Part shown: piece after piece, positions 1 through 11,785 of the stretch
How positions within the stretch are numbered: position 1 is the stretch's first letter
How the letters are laid out: the number at the start of each line of letters is the position of its first letter
Assembly: GCF_030144855.1 (NCBI RefSeq)
Contig: NC_082730.1
Coordinates: 13,702,001-13,766,000, forward strand
Reading direction: 5' to 3'
Source of the DNA: Hypanus sabinus
Lineage: Eukaryota
Length of the DNA: 64,000 nucleotides
Notes under the pieces: generated by a model
Told to the model about the DNA's origin: nothing
The model's input: the letters and a program-made list of their open reading frames with translations, nothing else
Databases searched by the model: none
Made by a program: the position numbers and the translations under genes

Positions 1-394
1 ATTTTAGAACATGGAACTCAGAAAATGGAACATTACAGCACAGAACAGTTTCTTCAGCCCACAACATTAACATTCCCCTCTACTCAGACCTCCATTTTCC
101 TGTCATCCAGGTGCCTAACTGAAGTTGCTTAAATATCCCTAATACATTTGTCTCTACCACCAACCCTGGCTGTATGTTCCATGCACCAACCACTCTTTAT
201 AAAAAAACTGCATCTAACATCCAATCACTTGAAAATTGTGCCCTATGGTATTAGCCATTTTTTGCATTCAAAAAACAGTCTCCAGCTGTCCACTCAATGT
301 ATGCCTCTTTTTATCTTGTACATTTCTATCAAGTAATTTTGCAGAAAGCTATCAGATATATCATAAAATGATGAAAAGAGAAGTAGAAACTCAC

Positions 395-486
395 CCCTGT
401 TTTTACACTTTAGATACAAAAGCAGGCCAGTGAAGATCATCGTGAGAACAATGCCAGTGATGCTGAGCAGAATTACTTTCGTTAAT
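395..486 (-). CDS. Gene 1 transmembrane exon (R-LTKVILLSITGIVLTMIFTGLLLYLKCKNR-G) of a CD300/pIgR-like V-C2 receptor
   Basis: Acceptor ttctctgcaccgcag, donor G|gtgagt, 92 nt, phase 2 to 1. Encodes a ~22-aa hydrophobic helix followed by basic stop-transfer residues. Homologous to the exon at 47817-47909. Confidence 0.85.
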
Positions 487-799
487 CTGCGGTGCAGAGA
501 ACAAGGAAGGGTCAGCCAGTAATCCTCGGCCATTGTCAAAGAATGGAAGTCTGGTGCATACACGACTCTCTTCTGGAACTCAGGATGTGTGCAGTCCAAG
601 CAAGTGAAGTGCAGACATTGTTGGAGTGCAGAAATGCAGCAGCCAAACTGCTTGCAGAAAGGCTCCACAAGCAAATAATGATCAGTGACAATACTGTTGG
701 TTAAAGTGTAAATGTTGTGCAGATTATCTGCAACTTCTTTTCCTTAATACAATAAAGCACAGTCTACAGACTCACTTTCTAGGGCTCTATAAGGCATGC

Positions 800-993
800 A
801 TCATTCAGTGCCCTCATCACCCCGGATATGCCCTCTTCTCAATGCTACCATCAGGAAGGAAGTTCGGGAGCCTGAAGACACACACTCAGTGAACAGATTC
901 TTCCCGTTTGCCATCCAATTTCTGAATGGACATTGAACCCAAGAACATGACCTCACTACTTCTCCAGTTTTGTTTTTGAATTATTTATTTAAC

Positions 994-1029
<36 letters not shown>

Positions 1030-1130
1030 AATTTAGTTTTTTTCTCTATCATTATCCATTGCAACGTATTGCACCCATAAATTTCACAGATTTCACGACG
1101 TATGCCAATGATATTAAACCTGATTCTGAT
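800..1130 (+). mobile_element. Rex1/Babar-type LINE 3' end fragment
   Basis: 3' UTR ending gatattaaacctgattctgat. The same tail recurs at ~4260 and ~5015, and inverted at ~1530 and ~10750, attached to Rex1-like RT sequence. Boundaries approximate. Confidence 0.6.
999..1025. repeat. (TA)n microsatellite
   Basis: Directly visible perfect TA run. Confidence 0.95.
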
Positions 1131-1529
1131 ATTGGCAGTGTTATTTATTTGTTTATTTATTGTTTTATTATAATTTATTTTTGTATTTTGTGTACTTTGC
1201 CTTCTTTTGCACATTGGTTGTTTGTCCTTCTTTGTGTGTAGTTTTTCATTGATTCTATTGTGTTTCTATGTACCCACTGTGATTGTTACAGAAAAAAATT
1301 GAATCTCAAGGTTTTACACGGTGCCATAGATGTACCTTGATAATAAACTTATTTTGAACTTTCTAAAAAATTGAATAAAAACTTTAACTCCAGTCCTTTG
1401 TAAAGAGTTAGTGAGGTGTCCTTTGTTTATCTGATTGGAAGCTTCTTTTATCCAAAAAGCACGGCTGAGCATGGTGAGCTCCCTGCTGAAGTATCTTGGC
1501 CTGAAATGCTGACAGTTTACTGCCCTCTT

Positions 1530-2085
1530 CAGATCAGAATCAGGTTTATTATCACTGGCATGTGACATGAAATTTGTTAACTTAGCAGCAACAGTTCAAC
1601 ATAATCTATCGAAGGAAAAAATATAATAATAAATAAAATAATAATAACAAATAAACAAGTAAATCAATTACAGTATATGTATAGTGAATAGACTTTTTAA
1701 AATGTGAAAAGCAGAAATACTGTATATTTTTAAAAAAGTGAGGTAGTGTTTACGGGTTCAATGTCCACTTAGGAATCGGATGGCAGAGGGGAAGAAGCTG
1801 TTTCTGAATCACTAAGTGTGTGCCTTCAGGCTTCTGTACCTCCTACTTGATGGTAACAGTGAGACAAGGGCATGCCCTGGGTACTGGAGGTCCTTAATAA
1901 TGGACGTTGCCTTTCTGAGACACTGCTCCTTGAAGATGACCTGAGTACTTTGTAGGCTAGTACCCAAAATGGAGCTGACTAGATTTACAACCTTCTGCAG
2001 CTTCTTTCGGTCCTGTGCAGTGGCCCCTCTCCATACCAGGCAGTGATGCAGCCTGTCAGAATGCTCTCCATGGTATATCTAGAGA
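1530..2085 (-). mobile_element. Rex1/Babar LINE 3' fragment
   Basis: Minus-frame RYTMESILTGCITAWYG matches the RT C-terminal motif. cagaatcaggtttattatc is the inverted 3' tail. Confidence 0.75.
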
Positions 2086-2559
2086 TACCACCTGACTTGC
2101 TGTGTTCCCCCCAGGTTTTGTGAGTGTTACCCAAGCATTGGTAGCTGGACTTGGACAACCCACAATGATCGCGATTGCAAAAGCCAGCTCTAATCTCAGC
2201 AGAGAAGCCCACGTTGGCGTCTGTGACAGAGAGCGCTTGGTAAGTTCGCTCCTTACAGATGTGCATTTACATACACGCAAACATTGCCTTGTCACTCTGC
2301 TGTCATTGAGCTGAGTTCATGCACCTCTGTGTCTTCCCTGGTATATTCGCATATTGGGTCCCAAGCAGAGCTCATGCTCTCAGTTGCCTTTCTGGTTTAT
2401 TTCCCACCGTACATGGTGGAATATTCAATTTCATTAGTATTGGGGATGTGTAAATATGTACATGCTGTTTGCATATTGTATTTAAGGTCGATACTTCTGT
2501 TTATTTTGTAATATGATTGTAACTATATTGTGGGATGCACTATATTCTAATTCTTGTGT

Positions 2560-2765
2560 AGTCTTTGACCTTTCCCATCTACCTGGCTTCACCTATCACC
2601 TTCCAGGTAACTTCGTTAACCTCCTCCCACCTTTTTATTCAGGCATCGCCCCCCTTCCATCATCGTCGTGGAAAAGGGTCTTGGCCCGAAACATCAGTTG
2701 CATACTCTTTTCCATAGATGCTGCCTGACCTGCTGACTTTGTCCAACGTTCTGTGTGTGTTGCTT
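2560..2765 (+). mobile_element. Penelope-like terminal repeat fragment
   Basis: aagggtcttggcccgaaacatc...gatgctgcctgacctgctga matches the end of the GIY-YIG element at 15933-17103. Confidence 0.6.
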
Positions 2766-3209
2766 TCAAGTTTAAAGAAGTCAAAGTGAATTCAAATTTC
2801 CCAGAAGAGAATTAAAATAATTTTAATGTTTTGAGATATTGCGTCTGAGAAGCAGGACAGTGGAACTGCAGTGATGAGATGCCTGGGCAAGATCTACTAA
2901 CCTCACCGCAAACATTTGCATTTTGAGTACCTGAAGGGAAAAGCTGTACTTGCTTAAAACCTGCTCTAACTTCAAAGTGATCACCATGTCCACCTCCACA
3001 AAGTTTAATGCTGGTTTGGACGTTACCTTTGTGGTGCTTGGTCAAAATCTGTTCCCTATGGTGAACATCCATGACAGATCCAGAAGGCGGATTACAGTGA
3101 CCTACTGGGGATACCTTGCAAAGCACTTGTGTACTCAGCAAACAGGGGTACTTTTTAGGAGGTGACATTTTTCTTTGTCCTTAAGTATCTGCAATGGTTC
3201 TTTAAGCGG

Positions 3210-3675
3210 GCTTTTCATTGCATTTGGAGCTCACTGTAACTCTGCCATGGATGGTACCAAGCACAGCTGCAAAAGGAGGAGAGTTGGGCATGATGCTAGG
3301 AAACTCATCCTGTAAAAAACCCAGAGCTACAGAAACACTAATCGAAGCTCCAAAGACCTCATCCCTGGGAGAGGAAGGATCTTCGACTAGAAGAGATGTG
3401 AAGTTGTGTGGCGATAGCTGCAAGTCAATGGAAGTCATATTGTCAATCACCTTCTACATAAGCCAAGTACTTACATCACCAGGAAAGTGCTAACATGCTT
3501 TCCCTAGGGAAAGTGGAAGAGAAGATGGCCAAAGAACATCTGGCGATGCAACCTTGAAACTGAGACCAAGAAGATGGGCTATACCTGGGTACAACTTGAA
3601 AGACTTGCCCAGGACAGAGGACTCTGGCACACTAATGTCTTTGGCCTATGCCCAGGTAGGGGTGATCGGCTTAAC
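3210..3675 (+). mobile_element. Degenerate RTE-clade LINE remnant
   Basis: 3495-3660 translates to GKWKRRWPKNIWRCNLETETKKMGYTWVQLERLAQDRGLW, resembling the RTE C-terminal GKRxRGRPK...W...LAQDR..W motif. Left boundary uncertain. Confidence 0.55.
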
Positions 3676-3734
3676 CCTGTCTAACTCACTGTGCTCCTGC
3701 ATATGACAACAGACTCGTCTTGAATGGACACCAC

Positions 3735-4260
3735 TGACTTTGAGGAGGTTTGGGATGTCTCCATAACCACTCAAAATTTTTTTACAGATGTACCACGGAG
3801 AGCATTCTACCAGCCTGCATCACCGTCCTAATATGGAGGGAGGTGGGGGTCTACTGCACAGGATTAAAGTAATCTGCAGAGAGTTGAGTCAGCTCCAGCA
3901 TGAGCAGTATCCACAACATCTTCAAGGAGCGATATCTCAGAAAGGCAGTGTCCATCATTAAGGACCTCCATCAATTAGGTCTTGCCTTGTTCTCATTGCT
4001 ACCATCAAGGAGGAGGTACAGAAGCCTAAAGGCACACACTTAATGATTCAGGAAAAGCTTCTTCTCTTCTGCCATCCAATTTCTGAATAGACACTGAACA
4101 CGGAACCCATGAACACTACCTCACTCCACTTTTATTTTTGCTTTTGCACTACTTAATATATATATTGTAATTCACAGTTTTGTTTCTCTATTATTACGTA
4201 TTTCATTGTACTGCTGCCAGAAAAACAATATACTTCACGACATATGCCAATGATTCTGAC
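3735..4260 (+). mobile_element. Rex1/Babar LINE 3' fragment
   Basis: ttacagatgtaccacggagagcattct (FYRCTxESIL motif) through the 3' tail gattctgac. Confidence 0.65.
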
Positions 4261-4419
4261 AATGTTTAACATTGAGAATTGGGCAACACTGCAATGTTTT
4301 GTTTATAAGTGATTTCAAGGGCAATGCCTGGCTTCAAAGTCACAGTGAAGGCTGCAGGAACACCCTCTGACAGACGGCAAATTGAGTAACTTGCTTTTAT
4401 TTCTCAACAACAAACATAC

Positions 4420-4465
4420 CGCAGCAGTGCGTTGTAAAACTCAGCATCATTTCCATTCTGATGAG
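4420..4465 (-). CDS. Gene 1 stalk exon (AHQNGNDAEFYNALL-R)
   Basis: Acceptor tattttgcaatgtag, donor CG|gtatgt, 46 nt, phase 1 to 2. Joins the C2 exon (phase 1) and the TM exon (phase 2) without a stop. Confidence 0.65.
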
Positions 4466-5364
4466 CTACATTGCAAAATATTGCATGATGTTCATTTTTC
4501 ATGCCTACATTATTACAATTTTTCTTCAAGTAGTAAATATAATTTTGGTTGTTTTACTTTAACTGTTTATGGGGACACCAGTTATACTGAGCTCAAATGT
4601 TTGGTCAGATTGAAGTCAGTAGTCCCACAGGAATTTATCACCAGCGAAATAAAGAATGAATTCTTTCCCCCAATTACATTGCATACAGAAGCACAGAGAA
4701 AAATATACCTTTCAGGGGAAGTGGATTGATTGCCTTTGGAATCTTCTGTGATTTCAGAGTGGTCAGAATTATTTTCACAGGAATATCTAGTTTCTGTTAA
4801 AATAAAGAAATAAAATTCATTTCCACCTGCTCTTCATTTGTGACTAGTCTTTTAACAACTATTTTATATATATATATATATAATTATTACTGTAATTCAG
4901 TTTCTTCACTATATTTATTTCTCATGTATTCATCATGTATTTCATTGTACTGCTGGCGTAAAGTTAATGAATTTCATGACATATACCAGTGTCAAGGATA
5001 CTAAACCTGATTCTGAAGTAGTGGTGGTAGGAGGAGATGTGGGGTGAGTTAGTGGGTGGAGGTGTTGATTTTCCATGAGGAGAGTGGGTAGGATCCTTCT
5101 TGATGTTATGGGTACTCTTAAGGTATCTTTCTATGGTTGGCTCGAGCTCATGGGGCTGTGGTCCTAATTAATTCTATTCCAAAATAAAGGCAAGTTCCAA
5201 AAGGGAACTAGCCTCTGCCAGCACTGGAAAGTCTATTTCTGGGACTCAGCACATAGTAGGGAGTGGACAGAGCTGGTCATTGAGTGTAGGGGAGATATCA
5301 GAACAACTGCAGTTGTTAATACTACAGGGAAAAGCAGATAATATTCTCATAACAAGGAGCATCC

Positions 5365-6346
5365 TATCATATGAGGCATTGATGGCAGACCAAGATGCAA
5401 GACACAGACACTGAGGTACCAGGAACTGGACTGGACTAGAGTTAGGGACGGGGCTGGACAAAGACTAGGAGCTGGGATAGGAACACAGGCTTGGGCTAGG
5501 AAAGCGGGACCAGGACAAGGAATTGGGAACTAGGAGCCTGGGCTTGGACTCCGAGCCAGAGACTGGACAAGGACCCAGAACCGGGGTCTTGACTTTGGCT
5601 CGGACCCCAGAACTAGGCTCGGACATGATGTGGTTACAGGACTGGACAAGGCCTGGGCTCTTCGATGCACTCCTGGGCAGGACAAGGCACTCCTTCTTAG
5701 AGCACAGGGCCAGGACCCTTCCTAGGACGCAGGGCTGGGATGATTTCACAGGGCCGGGCCCCTTCCTTGGACACAGGGCCAGGACGACTGCTGAGGTAAA
5801 CACCGAGGAAACTGTCAGGGTTTCAGAAGGGGAGGGGAAGAGATCAGTCCTGTCTCAGGGTAACAGCAAAGACAGCCTGGCTTACCCAACAGAGGCAAGG
5901 ACAGAAAGGGGCAGATCTAACCACAGGGTAATGGCAAGGACAGCCTGACTTAACCCACAGTGGCAAGGACAGGAAGGGAGCTCAATCCGGGGTGGCTTCA
6001 AGTCTCAGGGCGGCCTGCAACCTTGGCTGGCTACAGAAACAGCCAAATCGATACCTCCAATGAGAGACAACGAAGCTCCATGAAGCAGTGGTCCTCCAAC
6101 CAGGCTTAGAGATCACAGATGGCTGTTCAAGCCTTCCACCAGCAGATTGCTCCAAAGGGATACTGATGAGACAAACCAGCCACCCACACTCGATCCCAAG
6201 GTCACTTATATTCCTAGCCCCAAAACAAGAATCAGGTGCCTATGATTAGGCCCAACTGAAGCAATGGACAACCGGAAGACCTGGAGTCCGAGTCCGCAGA
6301 CCTGACCGTGAACCGGAATGCGGATTTCACGGACCGGCCTATGACA
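5365..6346 (-). mobile_element. Solo LTR (~982 bp), Gypsy-like
   Basis: 5-bp TSD CATCC at 5360-5364 and 6347-6351. Termini are TGTCA and TGATA (one mismatch to TGACA) on the minus strand, with an AATATAAG TATA-like box near the 5' end. Confidence 0.8.
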
Positions 6347-6979
6347 CATCCCTGCAAAAAATATCAAGCAAACAAATATTTCAGTAGTAGAACAAGTAAT
6401 TTCTTAGAGTTAGTGACTCTTTCCCATTAAATACTGGTATTTTGAGTTCTCAATAGCCACAAGAAACCTAAACTACTGTTAGATACTGCAAAATCTAAAC
6501 TGCAGTTTTCTCTGTTTCACTATTCTGAACGTATTGCAAGACAAAGTTTCTACTTCCTATATACCCAGACTTTTATCTTAAGTTCCTGCTTAGTAAATAT
6601 ATATCTGAAAATTTACAAACCAACATGCACTGACAACTTGCTGACATCAAAGACTGATACACTGAATCCTATCAGGGCAATATGGTACATAACAATTGTT
6701 GGATCTCAGTTTAATTTCCGATCCACAGGAATCTTCCAGGAATCAAGGATGGTGAGCAGTCTTAATTCCAAGATCTCAGTTTAGTTTAGAGTACAGACAA
6801 ACATACATATACTAATCTAACTAAAAGAGCTGAGAAACAATGCAAAGGGGAATTAATGCTAAAGGATGTGATATAAAGGAATGAAAACAAATGAAATACA
6901 GTGCTACGGAAAAATCCATCACTTTTAAAGATAAGATAAAGAAAATTCCTTAGATAGTGATGAATTAATTGATGAATTA

Positions 6980-7245
6980 AATCAGAGTTGAGGAAGAGCT
7001 TCTTCTCCCAGAGAGTTGTGGAGGTGTGGAATGCACTGCCTCGGAAGACGGTGGAGGCCAATTCTCTGGATGCTTTCAAGAAGGAGCTAGATAGATATCT
7101 GATGGATAGGGGAATCAAGGGATATGGGGACAAGGCAGGGACTGGGTATTGATAGTGAATGATCAGCCATGATCTCAGAATGGCGGTGCAGACTCGAGGG
7201 GCCGAATGGTCTACTTCTGCACCTATTGTCTATTGTCTGTTGTAA
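6980..7245 (+). mobile_element. CR1 LINE 3' end
   Basis: RKSFFSQRVVEVWNALP motif plus a 3' UTR ending in ctattgtctattgtc. Confidence 0.85.
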
Positions 7246-7539
7246 TTACATCACGCAGGTTATGTGCTAATACTTAGCCACTGAAAAATGAGGAAAGTGA
7301 TAAACCTTTAGTTTAGCTGCTAGATCACTTGCTGCCAGTGATTGTGGAAAAATACATGAGTTTGCTAAAAACTGCAAATCTTATAAAATGTATTATTTAA
7401 AAACACAGTAATTTTCAACAGAGTACATAGTTAGAATCAAAATCAGGTTTAACATCACCTGCATACATTAAGAAATTTGTTGTCTTTGTGTCAGCAGTAC
7501 ATTGCAATAAATAATAATAGTCAGGAACAACAGTACATA

Positions 7540-7810
7540 TAACCATATAACAATTACAGCATGGAAACAGGCCATCTTGGCCCTTGTAGTCCATGCCGAT
7601 GCTTACTCTCACCTAGTCCCACTGGCCTGCACTCAGCTCATAACTCTCCATTCCTTTCCTGTCCATATACCTATCCAATTTTACTTTAAATGACAATAAC
7701 AAACCTGCCTCTACCACTTCTACTGGAAGCTCATTCCACACAGCTACCACTCTCTCAGTAAAGAAATTCCCCCTCGTGTTACCCTTAAACTTTTGCCCCC
7801 TAACTCCCAA
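7540..7810 (-). mobile_element. CR1 LINE 3' end
   Basis: Minus ORF 7613-7918 includes RGNFFTERVVAVWNELP...FKVKLDRYM. Confidence 0.8.
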
Positions 7811-8398
7811 CTCATGTTTGTGTTTATGTATATTTATGTGTATTAATTGTTTTACTATTAATAAAAGTGTAACAGAAACAGAATGAAGTAAATGTACCAT
7901 TTTACAGAATCCATTCAAAAATGAATAATATTTTAAAAGACAATTAAAAATAGCATAATTTCGAAATAGTATTGTTATTGTTCCTCCTATATAATATAAG
8001 AAATGAAAAATTCATCAGTTAGTGTTCATAGGTTCAATATCCATTCAGAAATATATATATATATATAAAATTAAGTAAGTAGAATTGAAATAGAGCAAAT
8101 ATTGTCAAACTTGTTTTGTAATGAGTAATGTGGTTCCAGTTTCATTTCAATAGGGTGGGATACATAAACACCATGTTAACAATAGCAGGCCAGAGAGAAG
8201 TGGGTGCTGGGGCGGTAGATTATAGAGGGGAGGGGGCTTATGGTAATGGACTCATTTTCTAAACTAAAAAATGGTTCATACTCCATAAGTATAAATCCTG
8301 TCAGGACATGTGTTAACACAGCTTCAACAACACAACATATCAGAAGTAGTCACTCCATGAAACATCCGAAAGTGTCCATTATTCAATCTGCCACTCAC

Positions 8399-8719
8399 CG
8401 GTGTGACTGAATTGCAGCTGATAACTGCAGTTCCAAGTGCTGTTGAACACTGCCACATTGATCATTTCACTGGATTTCACTCCACGAGTATTCGAGGCTG
8501 TGCAGTAATATTGATGGTGCTGGTGTTTGAAGGATTGACAACGTAGATCCAGTTTACTGGTGTCAGAGATCTTTGAATTCACAGATGAGGTCTTTTCATA
8601 CCATGTGTACTGAATGGGAAAGGATCCTTGAACAGACTTACAGACAACTGACACGGAACCCCCGACACACGAGTCATTTAGTGACGACAGAACTTGAAGC
8701 ACAGGAACAGACACGGGTT
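8399..8719 (-). CDS. Gene 1 C2/I-type Ig domain exon (EPVSVPVL...C...GSFPIQYTWY...YYCTASN...NCSYQLQFSHT)
   Basis: Acceptor ggtcctttcccacag, donor G|gtgagt, 321 nt, phase 1 to 1. Canonical B-strand Cys, C-strand Trp and F-strand YYC. About 50% identical by hand count to 58511-58831. Confidence 0.9.
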
Positions 8720-9254
8720 CTGTGGGAAAGGACCAAACATTCAAGTGAACGTTTGAAAACTACTCTCCAATTTTCAGCACTTCTGCATTTCACCAGGTTG
8801 GAATCTCGTCAGCTCCTCTAACCCTCTGTGTCTCTGCATCCTCCCAGCTGCCTGAACTGCCAGGTCTGACATTATCCCAGAACACGGCAGGACTCCAGAT
8901 CAGGACAGCAGTGATGACACTGACGATGTGTCAGTGTGAATATCAGGGTTTCAATCACTTTCAGCAGCAGGGAGCAAGTCTCCATTGGAGACAGGTAATG
9001 GGAACAAACTGGAGAGAGTCCTGGAAGAACTAAACATAATGAGGGTGAGAAATGGTCAGGTGTCTGTCACATGGTTGGAGGGTTTTGGGAGAAAGTGTTC
9101 GGTTTCTGTGATCTGCAACAGCAAGGGAAACCCTTGGTGCTGCTGTTTGCATGGAGACAGTGGGTGAAGCCCAGAAACCTCAGGAAGTTGGATGTCCACA
9201 CAAAGGAGCTGGAGGAACTCAGCAGATCAGTCAATCACTCTGGAGGAAAATAGA

Positions 9255-9600
9255 TGTGTGACATTTCTGACTGAGACCCTTCACCAAGACTGGAACAAAT
9301 GAGGGGAGAGGACTGAATAAAAGGGTGGGGAGAGAGGGAGGAGCATAAGCTGACAGGTGAATCCTGGTGAGAGGAGGAAGGTAGGAAGGTGGGGTGGGGC
9401 AAGAGAATGGTGTGATAAACTGGGAGGTCATAGGCAGAAGAGGCAAAGGTTTGAAGAAGGAAGAATCTGATTGGAGAGGACAGTAGAATCTTGCCATAAA
9501 ATAAGGAGGTTAGTCACCAGAGGGCAAAAATGTGGGAATGAGGGCAGTGGAGGGGAATATGAAGGGGTAAAAGGGCAAGATGGATAAAGGAAAACAAAGG
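9255..9600 (-). mobile_element. Penelope-like terminal repeat, degenerate
   Basis: gacatttctgactgagacccttcaccaagactgga followed by a purine-rich run, as at 15960-16260. Confidence 0.55.
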
Positions 9601-10403
9601 GATTCTGATGGGATAAGATCTCATCAGATTTCATTTAATCTGATTCCCACCAGTAATGGGTGGATGAAGAGGCTGGAAGCTTCGGAGTGGATGGTCAGTG
9701 GGTTTTGGGAGTGGGGGCTCAGAGCACACTAATGGGGATACAGGTGGAGAGAGTTTAGGAGGGAGTGATTGATCCCTGAAATAGGCCAGGGATTGGACTG
9801 GCCTGCTTTGGAAGAATTGAATGCAGTCTGTTGAGCTCTGGGAAATGATTCCCTTTTTATGGTTTTCAGGTAATTAGCCCATGAGCAATAAGTTTCTCTC
9901 TGATCTGTTATGGCTGGATTATTAGTTTCAATCTGAATGCAAACCTCTGACAGACTGGCATTTCATACAGTTTAGAGGCAGGAAAATTGTGCTGAGCCTC
10001 CCACTGGAAATCGCTGTCTATTCAGTGGGTCTGACACTGAAATGGGAGAGAGCAATGAGTGCGGTTTCCCCAACACCCTCCCACTCCCCTCAGGACTCAG
10101 CACTGCCATGGACCATCAGAATATGAGAGATGTTCTGACCACAGTGAAGACACAGATTAGATATTTAAGTGGGGTCAGAAGGCCAATCCCTGATAAACGT
10201 ACTATCAGATACTTTTAGATATATGTAGAACATTGGATTGGGTGAGATCAACATGCATGTGGATTCCCAAATCCTGTACATGCCTTGTAGGAGTCTACTC
10301 TATTGCTGAGCCTTGGGATATCATCGCTACACTGACTGTTCCCAGAGAAAACATGGATCAGACATTTCAGTAGAGACATAAAACCAATCTGTGAGAAACC
10401 GAC

Positions 10404-10724
10404 CATCAGATACTTGTAGATGTACATTAAACATCGGATCGGGACCTGGTGTTGTAACTCCACAGCTGTACCACCCTGTATCTCCAGAGCGAAGATCCTC
10501 CACAGTAACAGTAAATATTCTCTGTTTCAGGTTATTTGTGATTGACACTCGTCCACTCTGTCCGTGTTGCCCATTTGTTTCCACTAAAACTGAACATTGA
10601 TGAGTCCATCCATGGCACCAGTACTTTGTGTGTGAGCGGTACTTTGCATCATAGTAACAATCGATTGTGATCACTCTTCCCACAACTCCACTTACATACT
10701 TCTTTGCCCACAATGCACCTGAAA
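10404..10724 (-). CDS. Gene 1 V-set Ig domain exon, CD300/pIgR/TREM-like (VSGALWAKKY...IDCYYD...KYWCHGWTHQC...DLRSGDTGWYSCG...VSD)
   Basis: Acceptor ttctccttag (an in-frame alternative acceptor lies 6 nt downstream at 10718), donor G|gtcggt, phase 1 to 1. Has the DxGxYxC motif and the extra WC-x6-C cysteine pair typical of CD300/pIgR/TREM V domains. Confidence 0.92.
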
Positions 10725-10747
10725 CTAAGGAGAACATGCTTCAGTAA

Positions 10748-11785
10748 ATCAGAATCAGGTTTAATATCATCAGCATCTGTTGTGAAATTTGTTAACTTAG
10801 CGGCACCAGCACAATGCAATACATGATAATATAGAACAAATAAAGTGTGAATTACAGTAATACAGTAATGTGTGTGTGTACGTGTATTAAATATTTAAAT
10901 TAAATATGTGGTGCAATAACAAAAGCTAGTGAGGTAGTGTTCATGGGTTCAATGTCCATTCAGAAATTGGATGGGAGAAGGAAAGAAGCTGTTCCTGAAT
11001 TGTTGACTGTGTGCCTCAGGCTTCTGTACCTACTTCCTGATGGTAAAAATGAGAAGAAGGTGGTGGGGGTGCTTAACGATGGACGCCAACTTTTTGAGGC
11101 ACTGCTCCTTGAAGATGTCTTGGATAATATCAAGGCTAGCACCTGTGATGGACCTGACTAATTTTACAACCCTTTGCGGCTTTCTTCGATCTTATGAAGT
11201 AGCAGCCCCCCCTCCACCCTACACCAAACAGCGATGTTGCCTGACAGAATGCTCGCCACATTACATCTGCAGAAATTTTCCCGTGTTTTAAGTAACATAC
11301 CAAACCTCCTCAAACATCTAATGAAATATAACTGCTGTCTTGCCTTCTTTGTAGCTGCATTGATGTGTTGTGACCAGATTAGGTCCTCATAGATACTAAC
11401 ACACAGGAACTTGAAATTGCTCACTGTCTCCACTTCTAATCCCTCCATGAGGACTGATGTGTGTACCTTGGTCTTACTTTTTCTGAAGTCACTATCAGCT
11501 CTTTGGCCTTATTGATGTTAAATGTAAGGTTGTCGCTACAACACCACTCAACATGCCGGTATATCTCACTCCTGTACACCCTTTTGTCGCCATCTGAGAC
11601 TCTGTCAACAATGGTTGTATCATCAGCAAAGTTATAGATGGCATTTGAGTTGTGCCTAGCCACACAGTCATGGGTGTAAAGAGAGTAGAGCAGAGAGCTA
11701 AGCACACACCCCTGAAGTGCACTTGTGTTGATTGTCAGCGCAATGGAGTTGTTATTTCCGATCCACACAGATTGTGGTCTTCGGG
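10748..11785 (-). mobile_element. Rex1/Babar LINE, 3' half (split by a CR1 insertion)
   Basis: Minus ORFs contain QGCVLSSLLYSLYTHDC...FADDTTIV and ARQQLYFIRCLRRFG. 3' tail at ~10750. Confidence 0.85.

Noticed and set aside
2812-3168. 118-aa minus ORF with a GGGHGDHFEV J-segment-like stretch
   Set aside because: No FGxG/WGxG motif, recombination signal or compatible splice sites; likely chance.
5523-5948. 141-aa plus-strand ORF and overlapping minus ORFs
   Set aside because: They lie inside the solo LTR and arise from low-complexity repeats, with no domain motif.
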